Counted from the whole stretch's first letter, positions 11,912-24,323 are shown. The stretch is 63,367 bases of DNA, filler included, from Globobulimina sp. (GCA_003354225.1; 48 parts of 48 records of this genome joined end to end with filler, not necessarily neighbours in it), one strand, 5' to 3'. Numbers and translations are program-made. Notes: generated from the letters alone by a model not told the origin.

Positions 11912-13134
11912 AAGCCATACTTGTCCCCAATGTCTAAAGTCATTTGCTAAGGTAGGTCCATATACTTTTGCTGGCATATACCATATGTCATGCTCCTTTC
12001 AGAATTCGAACCTGACGAGACACGTCAAAAGTGGTGCGTGTCAGAAAGTACCTGGTCAGCAATGCCCAGTATGCAACGATTCGTACCCCGACAAACGGAC
12101 CCTATCGAATCATATCAAGAAAGACCATCCGGCTCAAGCGCAGCACATGGTGCCGGACCACAAATGTTCCCAGTGCTCACAAATATTTTATCAAGTAAGC
12201 TGCAACGCATACATAAATATATTCCGTTTGCTATCCTTTAGGAGCGCAATCTGAAAAAGCACGTTGAGAAAGGAGGGTGCAAGAAACCTCAATTCGAGTG
12301 CTCCATTTGCAACAAAGGCTACTCCCTGAACAAAAATCTGCTCAGACATATGAGAGAGAAACATCCGGAACAGGCTCCGGAGAAAAAACCTCACACTCTG
12401 GCCGATGTGGAAGGTAAGGTCATAAATCGTATGCAATGTGCAATGATCATTTTCAGGCTATCACTGTTGTGGAGAATCATTTACAACAGGACGCTCATTT
12501 CGTACTCACAAAGACAGAGTGCACGTTAGAAAGCCGTTCGACAGCGTTATACCATTTGCGTGTCAATATTGTGATGAGAAATTCGGTTACAAAGTCGAAT
12601 TGATCATGCACGAAAAAGTTCATAAGCCAGACGAAGAGTCGGATTCCGATGTCGAAGATGATCAACCGCGTTACTTCAAGTGTGCATTCAAGGATTGCAA
12701 TGAGCGATTTCAAAGCAGACCCGAATTGGTCGAGCATAACTGGGTGCACAGAGACCCCATCGAGCAAGATGGTGAATTAATCAACGATAGCCAATGTGAC
12801 ATATGTCAAGAATGGTTTTGGTTTCCGGATGAGCTGAAACAACATCGAATGGACGAACACGATTTCGCAGGCGGCAGCAGTGTTCAGTACCAATGCGCAT
12901 ACATTGGATGCAACGAAACGTTCGATACCAGACAGAACCAAGCAGCTCACATGAATGAGCACGTCAAACCGACTGAAGAGGAGCCTGAGGAACAGAACGA
13001 GACCTATGGTAAGTAATATGTAGCTCAGTACCATAGCCATTTACACGTATTGCAGGACTCATCCATGACGACCTGCTGGACAACGCAGAAGTTCTGATGG
13101 ACTCGAGCAGCGCAAAAGCGCTTTACACCACTCA
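11912..13134 (+). CDS. Multi-C2H2 zinc-finger protein, partial, introns 11952-12002, 12195-12241, 12414-12456, 13009-13055
   Basis: Splicing restores intact fingers (CPQCLKSFAK|NSNLTRH; CSQCSQIFYQ|ERNLKKH). Confidence 0.85.
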
Positions 13135-13234
13135 NNNNNNNNNNNNNNNNNNNNNNNNNNNNNNNNNNNNNNNNNNNNTTAATTAATTAANNNNNNNNNN
13201 NNNNNNNNNNNNNNNNNNNNNNNNNNNNNNNNNN

Positions 13235-13537
13235 GAAAAAAGCCATGGTGAAAGCGTAGGGAAGGCAGTTGTGCCAAGTACTGATCAGTATGAAAGGTTT
13301 TTGGTGAAAACTCGTTGGGGATGCAGGATTGGGGATGCACTGTCCGGTATATCCTCCAAACGTATCCACTGTTTCATTCATACATTGTTTTAAGACAATG
13401 TCGTCTGTGTTATGCAATAAACGGTTAAATCTTAACCAATGTTGTAAATGTTCGTTGCTTCGTGGTGTTTTGCTTCTGTCCCATACACCACGATCTACGG
13501 CTGTAGCAGAATAATCAGAATCAGATGACACTGACAT
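13235..13537 (-). CDS. Hypothetical protein, 3' partial
   Basis: ATG-initiated ORF running off the contig, preceded by an AT-rich upstream region. Confidence 0.4.
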
Positions 13538-13685
13538 CAGAAAATAATAAAAAGAGGTATAAAAATAATAAAAATAGTCGATTATAAATACATAATTAGA
13601 GCATAATCAGAATACAGCTCAATAAGTGCGTTTAAAATAAACAGTTTTTATTTTTCACGACTCAAGTAAACTGAAATTAAGAGAA

Positions 13686-14171
13686 ATGGTAACGACGTAG
13701 AACTATGGGCAGCTATTGTTTGGAATATATATATATAGCATTTTATTTATCATCATGCCGATTTGTATTCTTTTTATTAAAAGGATATGGAATGTGCGAA
13801 CAACAGTAATTATGAAAAAAAGATACATCTCCGGAACGATATGTTTTTGCTATTTTGCATGTATTTGGTTATTTGTTACCACATCATTGTCCTATTTTGT
13901 CTTTGCATTTGAAAAAGGAAACGGCAAGAAAGCAGTTTTAACTTGTTGGCTTAGTTTCGTTTCGTTTCAACGATTAGCGAATTTCTTCGTTTGCTAGAGT
14001 GGTTTTCAACTTAAGTAATGACATAGTATTCGAAGTTGAAAACCACTCTAGCTCACCCAAAAACCTTTCCCATCGTTGAAATAAAACGAAACTAAACTAA
14101 GCCAAAAAAGTTAAATGGAGAAGTCAACGGTTTCTTGCACGATATTACTGTTCAATTACTAATTGAAGACT
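13686..14171 (+). pseudogene. Membrane-protein gene remnant interrupted by a MITE-like insertion
   Basis: Two hydrophobic helices; early in-frame TAG; removing 13942-14114 restores the frame (KKAVL|NGEVNGFLHD). Confidence 0.4.
13938..14114. mobile_element. MITE-like foldback element flanked by TTAA
   Basis: Imperfect ~40-bp terminal inverted repeats; perfect internal 20-bp inverted repeat (13993-14012 / 14033-14052); TTAA at both ends. Confidence 0.7.
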
Positions 14172-14187
14172 AACTAACTACATGACG

Positions 14188-14457
14188 TTAATTTAAATAA
14201 TTCAAAATATTGACTCGTTGAATACTACTTTGCCTTCTTGTGATTGGTGGTACAATTTGAGATTTAGCCATTGTTAGGTCTGCAGACTCTGCACTAAGCT
14301 TAGCTGTTTGCAATAGATTATTCTTTTTGTTTTGCTTTCGTTGTTCTTGTTTCATTTTATCGAATAACATTTTCCTTCTTCTACGTTTTTCTTCTTCCGC
14401 GGCATTTGATTGTATCAGCCAAGATTCTCTGTTATTTTTATATGATTTTAACACAGA
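14188..14457 (-). CDS. Charged coiled-coil protein fragment
   Basis: Open frame from the contig edge, EEEKRRRRK-rich. Confidence 0.4.
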   Translation of the reverse strand, partial: SVLKSYKNNRESWLIQSNAAEEEKRRRRKMLFDKMKQEQRKQNKKNNLLQTAKLSAESADLTMAKSQIVPPITRRQSSIQRVNILNYLN

Positions 14458-14557
14458 NNNNNNNNNNNNNNNNNNNNNNNNNNNNNNNNNNNNNNNNNNN
14501 NTTAATTAATTAANNNNNNNNNNNNNNNNNNNNNNNNNNNNNNNNNNNNNNNNNNNN

Positions 14558-15779
14558 GACTCTGCATTTCCTATTTTTAAACGAAATTTCCTCAATGAAA
14601 ATACATCACCGTTTGTTTTACTGATCCTTGTCCCTCTTACTCGAACTTGCAATTTTGTTGGGAAATAAATATTTGCATTAAGTATCTCGAATATTATCCA
14701 ATCATTATCATGCTCTGTACTTAGGTAATAATCGTCATTTGTTTGCAACATTCTCTCTGGGCCATAATCGCCATGATGTCCTTTGTGTGAATGAATTTTT
14801 AACGGGATTTGTTCATCTGTTGAGAGAAAGAAGTTTTTTTCTTTTTTATGCTGCAATTGACCATATTTGGCCAACTCAAACATGTTCATCGCTTCTTCAA
14901 ATTCAACAGCAATTAATATTGTATTGTTTAGCAGGAATTGTGTCAATAATCCACTTTCTTGGTATTGTTTATAATTTGCATTGTTTTCAAATACATTATC
15001 TACAATTTGCTGTAATCTTTCTTCTCTATCCACAGATTCAGTCATTCTCAATGAATCATTGATGATTTTCATTGTTGTTGTCAATGTATTGTGATATTCA
15101 ATAATATTCTCATTTTCATGCGTTACGTTTTTAATTCTCTCTAATTTCCATTGTTCTAACTAATAAATGATTGCTTGTTAGGTATTATATTATTTATATA
15201 ACATATATTTTAGCTTAATTACATAACTTGATCATGAAGGAATTTTTCTCTATCTTGTAATGTCTTAATTACATTACCAATTTGTGTGCTGATTTGCGAT
15301 TTTATGGCTGCTATGTCTTCATCAATATCATTTAAATGTTTTTGTAATATATTTTGTATAGCATTTGATTGTTTTATTGCAGCTTTAACTTTATTAATTT
15401 GAGATCGTTCGTTTGCGGAAATGGTGATGAGTGCTTGTGTGGGTTTATACGTATATTGTAACTTATTTATAGCTGCTTTAAATATAACCTTATCACCGAA
15501 TGACAAATCCAACTCTCGGCAAAGATCATTTAAATCGTTTTCATAAATAAATATTAATGAATCTATTTCTGTAATACCAAGTTGTGCTGTTAATGTTGTG
15601 TATAATGTGTCATGATCAGGTAATGTTTTTAATTCATGTGTGTTGGAGATAAACTCTTTCAATGTTGGCTTTTCATGACTTGTTACGTGATTTAGCGGCT
15701 TGTCACAATTAATAGAATCACAGCGCAATATCGATGAATCATCCCCGAAGATTGAAACAACGCACAATAATACTAACAT
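14558..15779 (-). CDS. Signal peptide + SAM-like + coiled coil + discoidin/galactose-binding-like domain protein, 3' partial, intron 15160-15227
   Basis: Hydrophobic N-terminus; LGITEIDSLIFIYENDLNDLCRELDL..DKVIFKAAINKL (SAM-like); PERML..NDWIIFE (discoidin-like); the GTTATG...TTAG intron joins the two ORFs in frame. Confidence 0.6.
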
Positions 15780-16408
15780 TNNNNNNNNNNNNNNNNNNNN
15801 NNNNNNNNNNNNNNNNNNNNNNNNTTAATTAATTAANNNNNNNNNNNNNNNNNNNNNNNNNNNNNNNNNNNNNNNNNNNNTTTTATATATGTTCTTTCAT
15901 TTAGCTTTAATGTTAGATTTTTTATTTTATATTTTTGTTCCTCCGTTTTTTATTCCTTTTTTCGATTTGAAATTTACTATGTATTTTTATGGGCTTTTGG
16001 TTTATTTTATATTATAAATAAATTCTACTCAATTATCAAATTTATATTTGGTTTATTATGCATTATATTTGATTGGTTCTATATATTCATTCGTTTCATT
16101 TGTTTACTATATTATCATTTTTTTAGCTCCAATCTTTTATCTTTACTTTTGTATCTATTTTGTTTTTGTTTGTGACATTTCCGTTTATGATATTTATTTT
16201 TTTCTTCTTTTTTTTATTTCAATTCAACATTCTCAGTTCATAGTGTCTGTGAATCATGCATTTATTCAATAAAAAGGTGAGAAAAGTGTCGGTGAATGTG
16301 ATATGCATCATTTCTGTATAGCAGATCCATCAAAAATTTGTATAACTTGATTGCTGAAACATGGGTGAAACAATGACTTATGATTTGTAGTATATTTTCA
16401 ATTAGTTT

Positions 16409-16650
16409 TCACATTCTCGCATATTGTGATCTGATAATAATATTTGTGGGGCAAGCTTTTAAACTCGTACTCAATACATACTGCACAGAGTGTGCTATAT
16501 CCTCCACATTCATACACTCATCAATATTTAATCCATAGTTTGGATTTTTTTTGGCATAATCTTCCACCATTTTAGTTCTTACAAATCCAGGCATTATACA
16601 ACAACATTTTATTCCATATTTCTTAATTTCATTAAAACACAGCTCAACGG
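16409..16650 (-). CDS. Short-chain dehydrogenase/reductase, C-terminal fragment
   Basis: EIKKYGIKCCCIMPGFVRTKM...MNVEDIAHSVQYVL. Confidence 0.7.
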
Positions 16651-17203
16651 TAGACCTCCAAAATGTTAGGATAACTGCGATACTGACTCGAATATTGGTC
16701 CAATTTCAAAAAATTTTATTTTATAAATTATCGCAAAACTATTTTCTTCTCGAATATCATGTTTAAAAATTGCAATCAATATGCAATCAACAGTTTGAGA
16801 TTTTGGTAAGTCGTATTTTTGGCAAATTGCGATCAAAAGACATTCAAAAGCCAATAGAATTCACATTAGATTACCCATCATTGATGATTGAAAATCATTT
16901 AGTAGGTAAAATTAAAGAAGCACGTAATGATGAAATGATCCACAAACATTTCAAAATGGCTGGTATGAATATTTTTATATGGTGAATGAAGAAATTCGAG
17001 ATTTTATGCCTTGATCTCGGACTGTGAAATTTCTGGATGAATCGCATAAGGCGCTTCCACAAAGGCAATGTGCCGCTGATTATTTGGATGATTTGAATTT
17101 ATTNNNNNNNNNNNNNNNNNNNNNNNNNNNNNNNNNNNNNNNNNNNNTTAATTAATTAANNNNNNNNNNNNNNNNNNNNNNNNNNNNNNNNNNNNNNNNN
17201 NNN

Positions 17204-18260
17204 TGGACTAAGATGGTTTCCAAGTTCGAAAATGCATCAAAGCAGAGTTACCAGACCAAACAAGCAACTCTGCATCACCTCCACCACCAACAATTTTAAT
17301 TAAAACAAAGAAAAGAAAAAGAGAGCAATCCAATGACGGTAATAATCCAAAAAAACCCAAATTATGCACAACATCATCCATTTATTCATCTCCATCGTGG
17401 GCCCAACTGCCACCAAAGCATTATAAATTTGAATTGGAGGTCATTAAAAATGGTGTATCACTGAAAAAAATCAGTTTAAACAGCAAAACACATTTTATTT
17501 TTGGTCGGGACCCTCAATCTGTGGACATTTTAACTTTGCACCCGTCGTGTTCTCGGAATCACGCTGTGTTGCAACATAGAAGCAATGGACAATGGTTTTT
17601 ATTTGATTTTGGCTCCACACATTTCACCAAATTAAATCATAAAAAGTTATTCCCGCACAAATATTATAAAATAGAAATTGGAAATATTATTCAATTTGGT
17701 TCCTCGCAACGAATGTATCTCTTAAATGGCCCAAAAGAGTTAGAAAAAGATTTGGAATCAGCACCACAAATATCAGTATCTCCAAACACTTTGAACATTC
17801 AGTCAATGATCAAACACTTGGCTCAAAAATCCAAACAAGAAAAAGTTGAACAATGCAAAAAACGCAAATCATCAAAAATAAATGTTTGGGGCATAACGGA
17901 TTATAATTATTCGACTAACAATGAATGGAATGAAGAGAATGCAAAACAAAACATCCAAAGCAGAGAATTATACAAAAACTGGCTGATTAAACGCAAACAA
18001 CATGGAAAGTGTCAAAATAATTTGCAATCATTGCTATCGACACAGCGATCAGACACTGAATTGAGTCAAAGCCAATGTATCAAGATTGAAAAGTTGAGGG
18101 CAAAAATTGACAATTTAGAAGATGATATCGAGTCACTTTCGAGGACTGCATACTGATGCAAATAATGCATATTTTGAGAGTAAATATGTTGGATTTGATG
18201 ATGACGATGATTGTTATGATCGGATTAAAAGTATTCGACATAGAAAACCGCTTATTTTAA
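17204..18260 (+). pseudogene. Kanadaptin-like FHA protein with frameshift and early stop
   Basis: YSSPSWA..LEVIKNG..FGR..HPSCSRNHAVLQH..GSTH (FHA). The kanadaptin-like DDDDDCYDR motif lies in a shifted frame after ~18145, and there is an in-frame TAA near the contig start. Confidence 0.65.
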
Positions 18261-18526
18261 GATATTGTGTGCAGAATCACTGCTTTTTGTTGTTGTTGTT
18301 GTGTGCAGAATCGTTAATCATGTTTATACATTGATATTCACTCTATTTTTTGATTGCCTCTGACTGTGTTGTTTGATGTAATTGACTTTTTAGGCTTAAA
18401 CTTCTAAACACTTCTTTTGTGATTGGNNNNNNNNNNNNNNNNNNNNNNNNNNNNNNNNNNNNNNNNNNNNTTAATTAATTAANNNNNNNNNNNNNNNNNN
18501 NNNNNNNNNNNNNNNNNNNNNNNNNN

Positions 18527-19618
18527 CATTGCATGCAAAGCAGATGCGAATATGTACTTTCGGACTCCATGTCATTTCATACAATCCTCCATCCATACCA
18601 ATCTTATACTATCACCTGGTGCCACCTGCATTGGATATGCGGACGACTTGGCCTACATCAAGAAAGCTGAATCTACAAATGAACAATTGGACATTGGGCG
18701 GGATACAAATGCTATTGTCAATTGTTTCACTAGCCTTGGGTTACCAATTAACATTAAGAAAACGGAAACCATGTTATTTACTCTATCAAATGCCACAGTC
18801 AACTTCGAAATTCGACCAAACATAAACGGCCAAGATTTAAATGTTGTTACTAGTTACAAATATCTTGGTGTGTGGCTTGATCCAAATCTATCATGGTCAG
18901 TACATTCAAAGAAAGCTGCTTGCAAAGCCCGACAAGCTATTGGAGCATTTTCTCGTCACTGTCGAAACTATGTGCCAAAGCCTGTATTTAGTCATCTTTA
19001 CAAATGTGTCATATTGCCTTCTCTGTTATATGGACTGACTATCGCATACCCTATCAAAGTGAATGATCGCGGACGCCTTGAACGTGTTCATTTGTATGCA
19101 GCCCATACAGCAAGTAATAACTTTGACACCCCTTCTGGCCAACTTCTTTCTGAGTTAAAATGGAAAAGCATATCAAGAATTGTTGAGGACAGACGATTAT
19201 GTTTACTTCATCATTACCATCATGGCACTCGTTATCTGCCTTCTGGAATCCTCAACCCACAAATGGACTTCGTCGGTCGAAATACTCGAGCCCATTCAAA
19301 TATTCAGAACAGCTTTTTATATGATCGCCCATTCCCAAGTCGTAATCGATGTGGAAACAGTTATTTCATGAATGCTATTGGGCAATGGAACATTTTGAAT
19401 AATGAACAGATTATATTAAGTAGAGAACATTTCAAGCAGTTTGCTAAACGAAGAAGTTTAAATTGATATTTTAAATTGATAATTGATATTTTCATCATAT
19501 ATATTATTGGCTTGCATATTTTAGTAATTTTTTTGTTTTAATTTTTGTCCTAAGTGTTGTATTACGATCTGTACAGATTATTTCAGCACTATAATAAACG
19601 TATCTATCTATCTATCTA
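18527..19618 (+). mobile_element. Non-LTR retrotransposon 3' end (RT C-terminus, 3' UTR, (TATC)n tail)
   Basis: YADD, INIKKTE, YKYLGVWLD..LSW RT motifs; stop at 19466; AATAAA at 19593-19598 followed by (TATC)4.5 at 19601-19618. Confidence 0.9.
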
Positions 19619-20154
19619 CTTAGGGTGCTCTATGATGATTGGCACTAAAATAAGGCATTGATGACAGATAGTCAGTGCTGAGGATGGGCACACAGCATAT
19701 CAGTGATCATCAAGGGGTTTCCATAAATATATGGAGTCAAGCAAACACGNNNNNNNNNNNNNNNNNNNNNNNNNNNNNNNNNNNNNNNNNNNNTTAATTA
19801 ATTAANNNNNNNNNNNNNNNNNNNNNNNNNNNNNNNNNNNNNNNNNNNNTATGGATGAGTGAAAAAGGAATGCACCAACTCCTGGAATGGTGTGACAGAT
19901 TGCAATGTGCGGAATTTGTTTTTAATCTTTCTTTAAAACTTCTTTCAAGCCAAGATCACTAAACGATATACATTATACCTGTCAGTTTTGACTATGAATA
20001 CATACGTGTGCATCCATAATCTAATACATCATGAAGGGATCTTGCTATAGCTCTGCCAATCTGAATTAAGTGATTGGTCTGGCGCAGTGACCCAATCATT
20101 TTCCATCTTGTTGCTTTTTGTTGTTTGGGAAAGTGGTGTTTTACAATCAACAAA

Positions 20155-20300
20155 CCAGATATATCTCGGAATATTCTCGGATATATATCTCAGATGTATC
20201 CAAGATATATCCAGATATATCTCAGATATATATCAACGTATCGAGATACATCTGGATATATCTTGGATACATATAGGAAGGATATAAGAAGGATATCTTC
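20155..20300. repeat. GATATATC-based degenerate repeat containing a perfect 23-bp inverted repeat
   Basis: ATGTATCCAAGATATATCCAGAT (20194-20216) and its reverse complement (20250-20272). Confidence 0.8.
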
Positions 20301-21174
20301 AAAATACTAAGAAATCAATTACTATGACAATGGCACCTTGCCAAGCAAACTTGTTGAGATGGCTCAACTATTCATTGTCACTATTCTTAGTCATCGTATT
20401 AATCAATTTATTAAACAAAGAATCGTATGGTGAATAATAATTTCCTAACCAACGTACTATTTCATGCAGCACATAAGACACAGAGTCATCCAAATCTGTC
20501 TCACACTGTGAATGAACCAAATCCATCACACCCAAATATTGAACAAAGCCCAACCCATACAATGAACACAAAATACATCAAATCTACACTTAATGAAACA
20601 ATACCAAAACTACGCAATTTCGCAGTTCCAAATATCCGCAATTTCGCAGTATCAAATATCATCAAACTGACAGTAAATCCATTACATCCCATTACATTGA
20701 ACAAAATGACATTACGCACAATCGCATTATATCTAAACAACGATATAAATGATCACAATCCACATACTATCAAGGTAGCATATTTACAAATTTTTATTTT
20801 TAATCTTTACATATTAATTTATTTAAACACTTTAATTAACATTAAACTATCGATGTTCGTGATAAAAATGGGATTTATGTTTTGCTTTTTGCAAACTGAG
20901 GCCATTCTTTGTCACTTGTTAGTAAAACTAATGAACAAAAATGAAAAACTAATTAATTACCAGGTGTTTTTCAACACCACCAAAACTACAATGTTAACAA
21001 CTATTTACAATCTGTTTTTATGTCGGAACATCAAAACAGATTGCATTTTAATATATTGTCTGATATTTATAANNNNNNNNNNNNNNNNNNNNNNNNNNNN
21101 NNNNNNNNNNNNNNNNTTAATTAATTAANNNNNNNNNNNNNNNNNNNNNNNNNNNNNNNNNNNNNNNNNNNNTT

Positions 21175-21297
21175 GAGAGAAATGGTGAAATAGAGATACT
21201 CAAAAAATATAACAAACTGGATTTTCAGCTGTATGAATATGCCAAACTGTTGGTTGAATATGATACATATTTTCTAAAATATCTGCTTCCACCATAA
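21175..21297 (+). CDS. Golgi-type sulfotransferase C-terminus
   Basis: ILKKYNKLDFQLYEYAK matches the N.lD..LY.yA C-terminal motif. Confidence 0.5.
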   Translation, partial: ERNGEIEILKKYNKLDFQLYEYAKLLVEYDTYFLKYLLPP

Positions 21298-21469
21298 ACT
21301 ATATCGAGCTAATTTTCATCGTGATTTTTTGTTGTATACTGAAGAAAATACAAAAAGACTTCGCCATCTTATAATTATTTGAGTTATTTCAATTTCAGAA
21401 TAAACTTTGTAAACAATTGCAAGTAATAATTTATATAAAATGAAATTTACAAAAAAACACAATCAATTA

Positions 21470-22324
21470 TCAACTACGACTTCTACTCTTTGATCTTGAT
21501 CTGGAGCGACTGTTAATTGATGCCGATCTCGATCGCGATTTGCCTTTCCCGCCATTGCCAACACCTCCACTCCCATCGATGTCTACGTCCATCTTATTCT
21601 GTTTCCCGTCTTTCCTTTTAATGCCAGACAACTCTGTTTCTGTCACCCCAACAACTCCCACACCACCATCATTAGCAACCACCTCTTCGCGTTTCACCTC
21701 TTTGCCGTCCCTCGATCTATTATGTGCGCCCTCCCTTGATTTGGATGAAGACACTGACCGAGAGCCATGCTCATGATTTTTATGTGTCCGCCGTCGACTC
21801 CTTCTCGATCGGCGATGCCTATGATGGCGACGCGTCATTCTATCCCTCCGTGTCCTCGATCTGTGCCTTGAGCGTGATCGCGACCTGGATGTGGATACAG
21901 AGCGTGAATGTGACGGTGAATGCGAGGCGGACACTGACCGTGAAGGAGAACGAGTGTGTCTGTGCCGCCGCGATCTATGTCTATGATGTCTAGCTCTATG
22001 GCCATGTGAATGTGCGTGCGATTTATGTGCATGTCCATGAGAATGGGCATGCGATTTTATATCCTTTTTATGTGAATTGGAGCTCGATCCATACGCTCGA
22101 GAGCCACCATAATAACTACGACGAGTGACATGCCGCTCATTTTCATGTAAACGTGGCGACGATTTAACGGATTCATTGTCATTCTCGTTTCCCTCATTTC
22201 CATTCAGTTGGTCCAGAGTTCCATCCTCGTTGATATTGATTGGTGGCGCCTCTCCGTCTCTAGTTGTAATGAACTTGTCACTTTCACCCGGGCAAGTTTG
22301 TTTTCTTTCCTCTCGGGTCTGCAA
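21470..22324 (-). CDS. RS/His-rich low-complexity protein C-terminus
   Basis: Long ORF with SR dipeptide runs and His clusters. Confidence 0.6.
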   Translation of the reverse strand: MQTREERKQTCPGESDKFITTRDGEAPPININEDGTLDQLNGNEGNENDNESVKSSPRLHENERHVTRRSYYGGSRAYGSSSNSHKKDIKSHAHSHGHAHKSHAHSHGHRARHHRHRSRRHRHTRSPSRSVSASHSPSHSRSVSTSRSRSRSRHRSRTRRDRMTRRHHRHRRSRRSRRRTHKNHEHGSRSVSSSKSREGAHNRSRDGKEVKREEVVANDGGVGVVGVTETELSGIKRKDGKQNKMDVDIDGSGGVGNGGKGKSRSRSASINSRSRSRSKSRSRS

Positions 22325-22796
22325 CCCCGGGCAAATTGCTGGCTATTGCTGTACACTGCTCTCACTCCTGAATGGATGGACGGTCGAACTTTGCCNNNNN
22401 NNNNNNNNNNNNNNNNNNNNNNNNNNNNNNNNNNNNNNNTTAATTAATTAANNNNNNNNNNNNNNNNNNNNNNNNNNNNNNNNNNNNNNNNNNNNTCTGA
22501 AATAGGAACAAAGTCCATGACATGTTTATGTTATGTTTTACCGTATGATGTAGACGCATCAAATATCCTGGAAAATGTGTGAAAAAAGTGTTTTTAAATA
22601 ATTGCTCACAATAATCATTTTTTTCTTTGTTTTCGTTTTCGTTTTGCAGAATTGTTTGTATTGGTTGCGTTGTGATTCATTGATAAATGTTTTTTATTAT
22701 TTAATTTTCGCTTTTTTTGAGGTCGAATATTTCTTTCTTTTTCTATACTTTGTTTTTGTCTTTGAACAGATGTTGAATATTCTTTTATTTTTTTTA

Positions 22797-23366
22797 TTAA
22801 ATCTCGTTTACTGCAATTTGATTTGAATTTAACTGATATGCAGACAAATATATTTTTAATTCATCAATTGTTAACTTATTTAATTGTTTGTTATTTATTC
22901 TATTCACCCATTTTTCACTCTCTTTACTTACTAATGCCGGAAATTTTAGATTCAGTTTTTTGTCAACAGTATTTGATATTGAATGTAACTTTATTTTTAA
23001 AATTAAAACATATTCTGACATATTAACTTCGTATCTATCAAATACACAATCAACATAATCCGGACCGCAACAACATAAAACCATATATTCATTATCAAAT
23101 GACTTATCTCTCAAACCTGTATTTGTTACAATTTCACCATTATTATAAAATGTAATGTTGCATTCACCAACAAAGTTATTTAATGTCCAGGTATATTGTA
23201 ATAATGATCGGATTCCAACAATATTTTCGGAAACACAATGATGAACAATAACATCAGATAACGCAACAAGTTGTACATTATCATATTTTCTCCGCGACGC
23301 TTTCTTTTTAGTTACCGTTACTACACATTTGGTAACTAAATCTTGTGCCACCTCTTTAATCGGCAT
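22797..23366 (-). CDS. Hypothetical protein with SAP/HeH-like helix, possibly degenerate
   Basis: LNKLTIDELKIYLSAYQL; stop-interrupted continuation downstream. Confidence 0.35.
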   Translation of the reverse strand: MPIKEVAQDLVTKCVVTVTKKKASRRKYDNVQLVALSDVIVHHCVSENIVGIRSLLQYTWTLNNFVGECNITFYNNGEIVTNTGLRDKSFDNEYMVLCCCGPDYVDCVFDRYEVNMSEYVLILKIKLHSISNTVDKKLNLKFPALVSKESEKWVNRINNKQLNKLTIDELKIYLSAYQLNSNQIAVNEI

Positions 23367-24323
23367 TTTCTTACATGATTTGGCTTTTGTCTTCGGTAAT
23401 TGTGAGTTAGTAAGTTTGTCTCATATTAAGTTTTAATATTAAGCCTGCATATTAAGTTTGGATAAAATTGTTTCAAAACGCAAAATAAAGGATATAATCA
23501 TGTTTTATGATGTTTGGGGATACTACCATGACTTTTTATTTTTCAAAAAAACGCTTTTTTCATTTATTAAAAAAACGCCACAGTAATTGTGTCAGTTTTT
23601 GTTCATTTATTCTTTCATTAAAACAATTTGTTGTTAAACAATATTTTACAACATATGACAGCGTGCAAAAAAAAATCTATTAAATTGGAGAAACCTGCTC
23701 CTTCTAAAAAAGATGAGCNNNNNNNNNNNNNNNNNNNNNNNNNNNNNNNNNNNNNNNNNNNNTTAATTAATTAANNNNNNNNNNNNNNNNNNNNNNNNNN
23801 NNNNNNNNNNNNNNNNNNAAAATTACAAAAAATTTCCGAAATTTTTTGGAAAATCGAACCTTTTATAGACCGCAGTATTTTCAATGAAAAGAAAACGACT
23901 TGGAGTTTGAGCAGTGTGTGTTAACTTATTTGGGAATTTCACCAAACAGAAACTTTGTGTAATACTTATTTGGGTTATCACCAAACAGTATTTTTGCAAC
24001 AATGTAATTACTTTTACAGTTATTTGTAAAGTTACCACATATATTACCAAAGCAATAGAAATATGAAGTACAGTACTGTATAAATACACAATAGCAGTTA
24101 TAATTGGAAAAAAGTAACTTACAAAAGTTCGTTTTGAAAGAAAAAACAAAGTTTGATTGAAAAGTCACTTGAAATCACCAACAATTGTCCACAAGTTGAT
24201 TTCTCTTGTTCACAACACATTAATAGTTGTCCACAATTGATGCAGGATGAAAGCAAGAAAAAAGTGAAGTACCAAATAATAAGTAAAAATATCTAGAAGT
24301 AAAAATAGTATAGAAACAGTACA

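Noticed and set aside
20427-21072. 233-aa plus-strand ORF
   Set aside because: Low-complexity, no motif, with competing ORFs on the opposite strand; the coding strand cannot be determined
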